From Chiloscyllium plagiosum (lineage: Eukaryota), in NCBI RefSeq assembly GCF_004010195.1, contig NC_057711.1, positions 71,747,711 through 71,767,710 on the forward strand: 20,000 bases of DNA, in the 5' to 3' direction. A model generated the notes under the pieces. The model worked only from the letters and a program-made list of their open reading frames with translations, made no database searches and was not told the origin of the DNA. Below are positions 11,044 to 20,000 of this stretch, one piece after another (within the stretch, counting starts at the first letter, position 1; every line of letters begins with the position of its first letter). The position numbers and the translations under genes are program-made.

Positions 11044-12225
11044 ATGTTCATTTACGGAACTTGGGCGTCACTGGCTGGGCCAGCATTTATTGCCTGTTCC
11101 TATTCGTCCTTGAGAAGGTGATGATGTGCTGTCTTCATGAACTGCAGCAGCCCCTGTTCAACAGGAAGACCCACAATGCTGTTGGGGAGAGAATTCCAGG
11201 ATTTTTGCCCAGCAATACTGAAGGAACAGCAATATATTTCTCAGTCAGGATGATGAGTAGTTGGGAGGGAATTTGCATGTGGTCATGTTTCGGTATACCT
11301 GCTGCCCTTCCACTTCTAGATGGCAATGGTGATGTGTTTGCAAGGCACTGTTTAAGGTCTTTAGTGAATTCTTGTGCATCTTGTGTATCTCAGTGTTACT
11401 GAGCATCTGTGGTGGAGGGAGTGAATGTTTGTGGATTTAGTACCGGTCAAGCGGGCTGTTTTGTCTTGGATGATATCAAGCATCTTGAGTGTTGTTGGAG
11501 CTGCACCCATCCAGGGAATTGGGGAGTACTACATCACACTCCCAACTTGTGATTTGGGGAATCATGAGGTGAGTTACTCGCTGCAGTCTTCCTATTCTCT
11601 GACCTGCTCTTGTAGCACTGTATTTATATGGCTAGATCAGTTCAATTTCTGATCAATGGTAACCCTCCAGGATGTTGAAAGTGGGGGACTCAGTGATGGT
11701 AATACAACTGAATGACAAGAGGCCATGGTTAGATTTTCTCTTATTGCAATTGGCCATTTCCTGGCGTTTGTCAGCCCAAGTCTGCATATTGTCCAAATCG
11801 TGCTGCATTAAGACATGGATTGCTTCAGTAGACATGGACAGGTCGGCGCAACATCAAGGGCCGAAGGGCCTGTACTGCGCTGTAATGCAATGTTCTATGT
11901 AACTAATGGTTACTGAGGTCACGAATGGTATTGAGCAGTGTGCAATCATTGGTGAGCATTCTTTATGATGGAGGGAAGTTCACTGATGCAGCTGAAGATG
12001 ATTGGATGTAGAATATCACTCTGAGGAACTCCTGCAGAGATGTCCTGGCGCTGAAATGATTGGCCTCCAACAACCACCACCATCTTCCAATATACCAGGT
12101 ACAACTCCAATCCACGGCGAGTTTTCTCCCTGATTCCCATTGACTCCTGTTTTGCCAGAGCTCCTTGATGCCACACATGGTCAAATGTGCCATTGATATC
12201 AAGGACTGTCACCCTCACCTAACCT
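11044..12225 (-). mobile_element. Second CR1/L2-group LINE family, 5'-truncated; putative partner of the SacSINE1-like SINE
   Basis: ORF 11946-12218 has RT motifs LDINGTFDHVWH, SAGVPQSDILHP. ORF 11653-11835 has MQHDLDNMQTWADK. The 3' tail 11046-11094 matches the SINE tail at 19365-19410. Confidence 0.85.
11830..11902 (+). mobile_element. Very short CR1 3' tail inserted in the LINE above
   Basis: 'ggtcggcgcaacatcaagggccgaagggcctgtactgcgctgtaatgcaatgttctatgt' is a CR1/HE1-type tail in the opposite orientation to its host. Confidence 0.75.
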
Positions 12226-12349
12226 TTGCATGAAAACTTATAAAAGGTGTTCCATGAACTTTATCCTCCTTCATTTAAAGACCTTGAATGGTGGAAAACA
12301 CAATACCTTTTTGCAATGAGACTTTAATTATCAGTATTGACAATAATGG

Positions 12350-13320
12350 TCTAAAACCTGAAAATACTTCTGAATTGCGCTGGAATTGGTGTAAGCATAT
12401 TAAGGGGAAGAGGATAACCAGAGAAAGAGTAGGGCCCATTTGGGACAAAGGGGGCAATCTGTGCATGGAGGTGGAGGACATTGGTAGGGTGTTAGACAAA
12501 TATTTCACAGTCGTCTTCATTCAGGAGTTGGAGGATTTAGGTACAGGATCCGGAAAGAGAAACTAAGGTTCTTGAGCGGGAGTGAGGAGGTATTGAAGAT
12601 TGTGGTGGGCTTAAAAGTGAAAAAATCATCAGGTGCGGATGAACTGTATCCCAGACTATTTTGGGAGACGAGGAAGGAAATTACAGGGCCTCTGACCCAG
12701 ACTTATCATTCTTCTCAAGTCATAGAGGAGGTGCTAGAGAACTGCAGCACAGCTGATGTGATTCCACTTTACAAGGAAGATGGTGGGTAGTGGAAATAAA
12801 CTAGGGAATGAAAGACCACGAGTCTCACATCAATGGTAGTGATACTATTAGAGAAAATTCTGAAGGAGAAAATTAATCTACACTTGAAGACGCAAGATTT
12901 GATCAGGGATAGTCAGCATGGCTTTGTCAGAGGGAGGTCATACTGAATAAACTTGAATGTTTTGAAGAGGTGACTAGGTGTGTAAGTGAGGGTAGTGCAG
13001 TTGATATAGTTTATATGGGTTTCAGCAGTCTTTGACAAGGTGCCAAACTAATAAAAAAGGAAAAAACCCATGGGACCCAGGATAACTTAATAAATTGGAT
13101 CAAATTTTCACAGTGTTAGAAGGCAGAGGGTGTTGGTAGAAGGTTATTTGGGTGATGGGTTGCCAGTGTCCAGTGCTGTCCAAGGGGATCTGTGCTGGGG
13201 GTATGATAAATAAGTTTGCGGATGACATGAAAGTTGGCCAGGTGATTGCTGGAGAGGGGAGTCTTTGGTTTCAGGAGGGTGTGGACTGGTTGTTCAGATC
13301 AGTGGCAGATGGAATCTGGC
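12350..13320 (+). mobile_element. Degenerate CR1 ORF2 (RT) fragment
   Basis: KHIKGKRITRERVGPI, KSSGADELYPRL, agtcagcatggcttt (SQHGF), INKFADDMK. Collinear with ORF 3224-3964. Confidence 0.9.
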
Positions 13321-13329
13321 TTTGGAAAG

Positions 13330-13863
13330 ACTTTAAAACCAGCAGAGCAGAACTAAAGAAAAGTGAGAATGGGGGTGTGGGGAACATGAAATAAGCCAAC
13401 TAGTTATACAAAAGAAGATTTCAAGAGCCTTTTTTTAGATATGCAAAATGTAAAAGAGAGGTTAGATTGGACATGGTACCATTGGCAAATGAAGGTGGAG
13501 AAGTAGTCATGGGAACATAGAAACTGTGCAGGAACTGACACTTTGCATCAGTTTTCATGGTGGAAGATGCCAATAGCATACTGGAACCTCAAGACAGTCA
13601 GGCGCGGAGGTAGGTGTAATGGTGATCTGGGAAAGCTGGAGGGTCTAAAGTTAGATAAATAACTCAGACCAGATAGACTACACCCTGGGTTATGAAGGAG
13701 ATAGCTGAGGAGATTGTGGAGGCATTAGTGGCGATCTTTCAGGAATCAATGGAGTCAGGGAGGATTGAAAATGGCCAATGTAATACCCCTGTTTAAGAAG
13801 GGAGGGAGGAAAAGGCAGAACATTACAGGCTGGTTGGCCTGACCTCAATGTTTGGATAAATTT
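13330..13863 (+). mobile_element. Degenerate CR1 ORF2 fragment, different subfamily
   Basis: 'tttgcatcagttttcatggtggaaga' (FASVF.VE), 'gccaatgtaatacccctgtttaagaaggga' (ANVIPLFKKG), 'cattacaggctggttggcctgacctca' (YR.V.LTS). Confidence 0.85.
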
Positions 13864-14412
13864 TAGAATCATAGAATCCCTACAGTGTGAAAGCAGGCCA
13901 TTCGGCCAATTGAGTTCAGACTTGTCATTCCTTCACTCTGTGTCTCTGTCCTTTGGTACCAGTTTCTCCTACTAGTGCACACAGCTTCTCCATGTCCACT
14001 CTATCCAGTCCTCTCAGTGTTCTGTAAGTTTCAATAAGATCTCCCTTCATCCTTCTATACTTCAAATGAGTACAGACCCATAGTCCTCAACTACTCCTCA
14101 TATGATCAGCGTCATTGAGTGTATTTAAGACAGAGATAGATAGGTTCTTGATTAGTAAGAGGATCAAAGGTTATTGGGGAGAAGGCAAGAGAATGGGGTT
14201 AAGAAACATTCCTGATGAAGAGCTCCTGCCAAAATATCGATTTTCCTGCTTCTCGGATGCTGCTTGACCTGCAGCACCACTCTAATCTTGACTCTAATCT
14301 CCAGCATCTGCAGTCCTCACTTTTGCCTTACGAAACATATCAGCCATGATTGAATGGTGGAGTAGACTTGATGGACCAAACAGCCTTATTCTGTTCCTGT
14401 ATCTTATGGTCT
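13864..14412. mobile_element. CR1 tail (minus, 13864-13920), inverted CR1 ORF2 segment (minus, ~13925-14105) and CR1 3' end (plus, ~14110-14412)
   Basis: tagaatcatagaatc tail. The minus segment encodes MKGDLIETYRTLRGLDRVDMEKL. The plus segment ends 'ttcctgtatcttatggtctt'. Confidence 0.8.
14210..14331 (+). mobile_element. Short Penelope-like terminal segment with degenerate hammerhead core, inserted in a CR1 3' UTR
   Basis: CTGATGA at 14212-14218. Same family as 1493-1622. Flanked by gaaacat (14203-14209, 14332-14338). Confidence 0.8.
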
Positions 14413-14632
14413 TGTGTCATGATGTGGTGCAGTTTGGAGGAGGTAACAGGATGGTGGGTGATTCTATGTGGTTGCAGGACACTAGGAGGCTTAGAGGGAT
14501 ATGGGGACATGGGGGAGCTTGTCCATTGATCCCTGAGGGCAAGGAACAGGTTGGTGGGGTGTTTGGGAATGCTTGAGGAAGGCTTGCCTTTGTCAGCTAT
14601 GAGGTGGAGCAGGGGGTTAGGTTGATGCTACT

Positions 14633-15100
14633 TGGGAAGTTGATGGCCTAGTTGAATTGTCACTAGACTATTGTTCCAGAGCGTGAAACATCAACTTTCC
14701 CGCTCCTCAGATGCTGCCTGACTTGCTGCGCTTTTCTAGTGCCATACTTTTCGACTCTTATCTCCAGCATCTGCACCCTCACTCTCTATTAATCCAGAGA
14801 CCCAGGTAATACTGAGTGGACCCGGGTTTGAATCTTGCCATGGCAGATAGTGGAATTTGAATTCAATAAAAAAATAATCTGGAATTAATAATCTAATGGT
14901 GACTATGAATTCATTGTCAATTGTCATGAAAAACCTAACTGGTTCACTAATCTCCTTCAGGGTGGGAAACATGCTATGCATGCCTGATCTGACCAATATT
15001 TGACTTCACACCCACCCACTGCTCTCTGGGTAATTAGGGAAGGGCAAAAAATGCTGTCCTAGCCAATGACGACCTCTTCCTGTGAATGAATTTTAAAAAA
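14633..15100 (+). mobile_element. SacSINE1-like tRNA-derived SINE containing a nested PLE-end insertion
   Basis: Collinear with 19082-19421: gggtttgaatc B box, ggcagatagtggaatttgaattcaat, ggttcactaat, A-rich tail. Confidence 0.85.
14682..14785 (+). mobile_element. Short Penelope-like terminal segment (starts at the GAAAC half of the hammerhead)
   Basis: gaaacatcaac...gatgctgcctgacttgctg...ctccagcatctgca. Flanked by ctattgttccagag (14668-14681) and ctattaatccagag (14786-14799), 12/14 identical. Confidence 0.75.
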
Positions 15101-16179
15101 TTTTGGTAGGGTCCCAGCAGGAGTACTGTGTGGCATGCTGGTCCCTGCGCTGTGGGGGTGTGTACGGTTGCACTGGGGGTGGGGTTATGGTGCATGGAAG
15201 GATTTACTGGTATATTTCCTGAGATGGAACAAGCCTGGATGGGCTGGGGTTGTCTTCTTTGGAGTGGGGGATTCTGGGATAGGGACCTGATTGAGGTGTA
15301 TGAGATTATGAGAGGCATGAACAGGGTGGGTATGGCTGTTCCATTGGTTGCTTGTGGGATCACAGGTGAGGGGGCCATAATCTTTGGGATGGGAGGTTTG
15401 GAGGGGCTTTTGGGGAGCATTTTTTCTTGCAGGGGAATGGTGGTTATCTGGGAGGATAGGGTAGAGATGGAAAGCGTCACAACTTAAAACATCGTAACAT
15501 TCAAGACTAGGGGCCAAGTGCTGGGAAGTGGGATTAGTGTGAAACACAGACTTGATGGGCTAAAGGTCATTTTTGTTCAGTATGACTCTATAGTTACATT
15601 TAGCTCATGCCTGTGTCACATACAGTCCAAATGATTTTTCCCAAAAGAAAGTTACATACTGTGATAATGTAGCCATATTATCTGCTGTTGTCACTTCCTG
15701 TTTCCTGTCTTCATCTTTGGTTAAATGCCAATATTAATTTTCATTTGCATTGTTGTGTTTGACATTTTTGTGAAAGAACGACTTCTCAAACACACTGTAA
15801 GACAACTGCATTAAAAGTAACAATGTGGAGAAATGTATTCTGCTTAATTTTTGCCAGAAGCATTTGCAGGACATTGAATAAACTAACTGCTAGACTTGTC
15901 ACAACATGTACATGTTTATTTTCTTCCAGATAAGGAAAACTACTCTGACAGAATAATATAAAATAACTCCATTGTTCTCATTGTGAAACCACCCAGCTGT
16001 GGAAGTATGATTCATGGAATATATTTCAATTGCTCATATGCTTCCTATTTCGCCACAGAGATTAAGAATATGTCTTTATACTTCCTCAGTTATTAAACAA
16101 GCACATACTGTAGCTTCTCCTCTTAATTTGTGTAATGTTGGATTCCACAGAAATATCCTCTGAGGATGAGCTAAATATT

Positions 16180-16460
16180 GGCAAGCGATTTAATCCAACC
16201 ACTTCACAGCTAGGATAGATTCTTTGTTCAGCCATTGCCAGCACAAAAATTGAGAAGAGAATCCAGATGATTTTTGTCACTTCCTATGCAAAACAATATT
16301 GGATGATATTTGGAACAACTGGACAGGAATTCCAAAAGAATAAAGCCCATTTGGCCAAGATATTGAACAACACCTAGACGGTTCTGCAGAAGATCAAAGT
16401 CAGAGAACTCCTTAGCCACAATGACCACAATATTTTGAAATTGAAAGTTGGGTTAGTGAC
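16180..16460 (+). mobile_element. Possible very old CR1/L2-type endonuclease remnant
   Basis: With one frameshift it reads YLEQLDRNSKRIKPI/LAKILNNT*TVLQKIKVRELLSHNDHNILKLKV, resembling the APE C-terminus (FLxQ.V..PTR...LDL...V.V.E....SDHN...F) in ORF 4025-4585. Confidence 0.4.
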
Positions 16461-17551
16461 GGAAAACAGAGCATAGCCATAGAAATCCAAAGTTTTCTGT
16501 GATACATACACAAGTCCGGCAGAATTAAGTTGGACAAGGCCCAGTTATTCTTAACAAAGTGACAGAATATCCCTTCCTGGACGTATGCTTTCGACCTTGA
16601 CTATCGCTGTGTGAATTCCCATTGGAATCACCTTTTGCACACGGATTAAGGAAATGGATGAATGTCAACTTCTCATGGCAACTTAAGATGGAAAACTATT
16701 GCAGATTTGTGACTTACTGATAACAAAAGAACCAACATTAAAGTGAACAGCATCAGTTGGGATTTTGTTACATAGATCTGAAGGAATAGACCATGAATCT
16801 GAGGAGATGATAATAAATATATCACAGGGACAGGAGGTATTGGGTCTTCGGGGTCAGACCAGCAGAGATGGGAGTGGGGATGTTGAGGCAGGCAGCGAGC
16901 AAGTGGGGTACTAAGTGTTGGTGGGCAAGTGAGGTGTTGGGCCCAGTGAGGGGTATAACGTTGTGTTGAGGCTGGAGAGTGAAAGTGAGCTGTGTTCCAG
17001 AGGCAGCAGTGGAGATGGTGCATTGGGTCCTGGGAAGAGCAAAAATATATTGAATTGTGGGTGTCTAGCCAGGAGATGGGTTTTCAGAGTCCAGGGGGAA
17101 TGTGGAGACAGGGGTGGTGGAGTTGTGATTGTGTCTGGTAATCTGGTGGGTGGGGTTGTTTAATTGTTAATAATGGCCAAAGGGTTACACTGGACTTTTA
17201 ATCATCTCACTTTTCCTATGTAATTATTTACTTAATGGAAGTGTAACACTTTAAATTCTTCTCAGAGTCTTTTTCAGAGGGGAATTACCCATCAGAATTT
17301 TCAATGCCCTCAGCAGTGCCCCAAAGCCAGATCCAATTGGGATTCTGCATGTTGTCAATATGCAACTCCAGTCTATGATGCTCCAATGACTAATTGATCT
17401 TGTAATGCACAGATTAGTTGTGTCTCCTGACAGCATAATTGTGACTCCATTTCAAAAATAATTAATTGTCTCTTAAACCTTTTATCATATTCTAACGTCA
17501 TGAAATGCACCTTATAAATGCACGTTCTGTCTTTAAGGAATAGATAAACTC

Positions 17552-17660
17552 AGGAATGGTGACTTACTGGTAATGTTACTGGATGAATATTCCAGAGGCC
17601 CAAGAATGTGGGTCCAAATTCAACCATTCCAGCTGATAGGATTCAAATTTGTTTAATAAT
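17552..17660 (+). mobile_element. SacSINE1-like SINE 5' fragment
   Basis: tggtaatgttactggatgaatattccagaggccca...gggtccaaattcaaccattccagctgataggattcaaatt matches the head of 19082-19180. Confidence 0.6.
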
Positions 17661-17689
17661 GACAGGTAGAACAAACTGTTAGTTAAAGC

Positions 17690-17972
17690 ATATAATATTC
17701 CAGGCTTTATGAATATAGGCATTGAGAATGAGAGCAAGCAGTAATCATTGCACTTATATAACACATGAGCTCAGTCTCAGCTGGAGTATTGCATCCAGTC
17801 CAGGCATCATATTTTAGGAAGGGTGAATGGCATTAGTGAAACTACAGAAGAACTTAATGAGTATGGTTCTAGTGATGAAGAATTTTCAATATGAAGGTAG
17901 ATTGGAGAAGCTGCTACTGTTCTCCTTGGAGGAGAGAAGGCTGAGAGGAAATCCAGTTGAAGTATTCATAAT
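17690..17972 (+). mobile_element. Degenerate CR1 ORF2 C-terminal fragment
   Basis: cagctggagtattgcatccag (QLEYCIQ), agattggagaagctgctactgttctccttggaggagagaaggctgagagga (RLEKLLLFSLEERRLRG). Confidence 0.8.
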
Positions 17973-18149
17973 TGTAATGCTTTAAGCCAATACCGCTACC
18001 TGAACATTGAGATCCTGTTTATTGTCTTAGGGTGTCTGCGCCTACCCTGTCCCTGCTATTTATCTCTATTAATCATCTTCACCTCAGTGTGCACTAGAAG
18101 ACTTTCTTACTTACGTCTTCATTGTGGGCTCTCAAATACAGCTACCTGA

Positions 18150-18375
18150 ATGCAATGTCACTATAGTCCCAGAGGGCCAGAGGGCTGCTTTATTATGAGA
18201 GAGAGAGAACCAGCCGCACTGTTGACCTGAGGGTCAGATGCCTCAGCTCAAGGGTGGACTTCAGAAAGTGGGATTTTTGTGGTGACTAAAGCCAGTATAG
18301 AAATTGAACTTGTGCTATTAGCATCAGTCTGTATCACAAACCAGCTGTCCAGCTGCCTGAGCTAACCAACCTCCA
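18150..18375 (-). mobile_element. tRNA-derived SINE of a third family (name not assigned)
   Basis: Minus strand has ggttagctcagg (A box), caagttcaatttc (B-box-like), tgaccctcaggt, a (ct)n tract and a ctgggactatagtgac tail. Confidence 0.6.
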
Positions 18376-18960
18376 TGCAGCTTACTTGTGTAGTCTCTAA
18401 GATATCGTAGTTCATGTGCTCATTCTAGACAGGTGTCTTCTTTTTACGGAGTCATGATTCATATGAGTCTAATTATGTCACCTCTACCCCCAAGTTTCTT
18501 TCTACTTCATCTACATTATTCTAGTGTTTATGCCCATAGTCCTTGTGATCGTGAACATCATTATTAGTATGATGATTATAATTATCACTGTCAAGACAGT
18601 TATTGCCATCTCACCACTGAAGGTACAAATTGTACAGGTCGAGATGATATGAAGCTGTGACTATCCCAATCTGGTTCACTTGAGTTCCTGAGTGGCGATG
18701 GTGTTGTACTGTCTTTGGAGTAGTGGTAACACTCTTTATACTATCTGATGTAGTATACACGCTTGTTATTCCATAATAATCATATTCAGTCTCACTTCTT
18801 GGCTGAAGTAAGATCAATGCCTTCCTGTTCCCCTTTAATATTTCTTCAGGTGTTCTGACAATACTAGATTTCCGCTGATCTGTTTGTCTGACTTCCTATC
18901 CCTTAATCAGCTTTTCAGTCCTGACTTTAAGGGAGACAATTTTGATTGTTTTTCTGGGTT
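18376..18960 (-). mobile_element. Gypsy/Ty3 LTR retrotransposon remnant: integrase C-terminus, PPT and start of 3' LTR
   Basis: Minus strand encodes KLSPLKSG..., VRQTDQRKSSIVRTPEEILKGNRKALILLQP and GIVTASYHLDL, resembling Gypsy 'LPPL.PG/RSY.V.T..G..RRNR..L/GR.VK.P.RLDL'. The purine-rich tract aagaaacttgggggtagagg (18481-18500) is followed immediately by TG at 18480. Confidence 0.6.
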
Positions 18961-19081
18961 TGAAGTTGTACCACCTTTGCTGCTTTTAGCTGTGGGCTTT
19001 TTATTTAGGTCATTCTGAGGCTCCCAGCATCAGATGATACCAATGTGTAACCATTTCAATTCACTCCATGTACTATCATGT

Positions 19082-19421
19082 TGGGAGATGATGGCCCAGT
19101 GGTATCATTTTTGCATTGTTAATCCAGAGACAGGTTCAAATCCCACCATAGCAGATAGTGAAATTTGAATTCAATCAAAAATCTGGAATTCAGAGTGTAA
19201 TGATGACCATGAATCCTTTGCTAATTGTCAGGGGAAAAAACCCACCTGGTTCACTAATGTCCTTTAGGGAAGAAAATTACCATCTTTGTCTGGTCTATGT
19301 GTGACTCCAGACCCGAAGCAATGAGGGTGACTCTTAACTGCCCTCTGGACAAGTAGGAATGGACAATAAATGCTGGCCTAGCCAGAGACCCCTACCTCCA
19401 GTGAGTGAACTTTTAAAAAAA
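19082..19421 (+). mobile_element. SacSINE1-like tRNA-derived SINE, near complete
   Basis: A box tggcccagtgg, B box ggttcaaatccc, central ctggttcactaatgtcctttagggaag, LINE-derived tail and oligo-A. Confidence 0.85.
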
Positions 19422-19427
19422 TGAACG

Positions 19428-19578
19428 CATTGGATACAGTAAAGACTATGAGCTCCAACAAGATCCCAACAATGTTATTCAAAACTTGAGATCCAGGGCT
19501 AGCTGCATTCCCAGCCAAGTTGTTCCAGTACAACTATATCATTAGCAATAATGTGACAAAGTGTAGAATTGCCCAGGA
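19428..19578 (+). mobile_element. RT-proximal fragment of the second LINE family
   Basis: Translates as ALDTVKTMSSNKIPTMLFKT*DPGLAAFPAKLFQYNYIISNNVTKCRIAQ, a degenerate 'KAxGPDxIP..LK.CA.EL..PL..LF' block. Confidence 0.65.
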
Positions 19579-19808
19579 TATTTTTCCCTAGGATGGCTGA
19601 GTTCAAAACTACAGGCATATTTCTAAGGTGAGAAGAGAAAGATTTAAAAAGGGCATATGGGGCAACATTTTTTACAGAGAGTGGTTAATGTGTTGAATGA
19701 ACTACCAGAGGAAGTGGTGGATGTGGGTACAGTTGCAACTTTAAAAGACATTTGAGGGATAAATACATGAATAGGAAAGGATATGAGCCAAATGCAGGAA
19801 AATGGGAT
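19579..19808 (+). mobile_element. CR1 3' region fragment, cut off by the following repeat
   Basis: tttttccctaggatggctgagttcaaaactacaggcat...gaggaagtggtggatgtgggtacagttgcaac...aatgcaggaaaatggga. Collinear with the reverse complement of 2215-2450. Confidence 0.85.
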
Positions 19809-19811
19809 CCT

Positions 19812-20000
19812 TTTTCACAGCAGAGAGCGGTGCGAGCTGGGCGGAAGTGAGGTTAGAGCGCAGAGCTGGTTGGGAAGGTAAGTGATTGATATATACAGAA
19901 CTTACCTCGACGCCAACGGTCTTTTCACAGCAGAGAGCGGAGTGAGCTGGGCGGAAGTGAGGTTGGAGCGCAGAGCTGGTTGGGAAGGTAAGTGATTGAT
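19812..20000 (+). repeat. 110-bp GC-rich tandem repeat (at least 1.7 copies, runs off the window); possibly LINE 5' UTR monomers
   Basis: ttttcacagcagagagcgg begins at 19812 and again at 19922. The copies differ at only 3 of the 79 compared positions. Confidence 0.85.

Larger units (their letters stand above)
14413..15592 (+). mobile_element. 5'-truncated CR1 copy with G/T-skewed sequence, interrupted by a SINE at 14633-15100
   Basis: CHDVVQFGGGN (cf. CEVLYFGKVN), gagtactgtgtg (EYCV), DLIEVYEIMRGMNR, tail 'tatgactctat' at 15581-15591. Confidence 0.8.

Noticed and set aside
15034..15547. Overlapping Pro-rich and Gly-rich ORFs on both strands
   Set aside because: By-products of the G-skewed CR1 sequence, where loss of A removes stop codons.
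16086..16280. ORF with a signal-peptide-like N-terminus (MTKIIWILFSIFVLAMA)
   Set aside because: Starts at GTG, is only 64 aa, and lies antisense to a probable decayed LINE endonuclease whose A-rich strand yields hydrophobic antisense codons.
19900..19907. U1 snRNA gene or pseudogene
   Set aside because: Only the 8-nt ACTTACCT matches. The rest of U1 is absent.
1..20000. Prokaryotic systems (CRISPR array, retron, RT-based defence operon)
   Set aside because: No repeat-spacer array or operon structure. All RT sequences are vertebrate non-LTR retrotransposon remnants.

Overview
Eukaryotic, repeat-dense, apparently intergenic or intronic DNA. The repeat families (HE1-like and SacSINE1-like SINEs, HER1-like CR1 LINEs, Penelope ends) point to a cartilaginous fish, probably a shark (inference). 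I find no convincing host protein-coding exon. The dominant feature is a near full-length but inactivated CR1-type LINE on the minus strand (~2131-6632), with zinc-finger/SGNH-esterase ORF1 and APE-endonuclease/RT ORF2. Around it are many CR1 fragments, a second CR1/L2-group LINE family, tRNA-derived SINEs, a Gypsy integrase/LTR remnant and several Penelope-like (PLE) terminal segments with minimal hammerhead-ribozyme cores. Most notable: (i) a fold-back pair of hammerhead-bearing PLE ends with a 15-bp target duplication, plus a second PLE end nested across the ribozyme cleavage site and carrying a U3-A8 core covariant; (ii) a CR1 copy with strong A->G (G/T) skew that its nested SINE lacks; (iii) a 110-bp tandem repeat carrying a splice donor and its own antisense copy. 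Family names come from recalled consensus sequences, not database searches. I cannot claim a previously undescribed system from this window alone.
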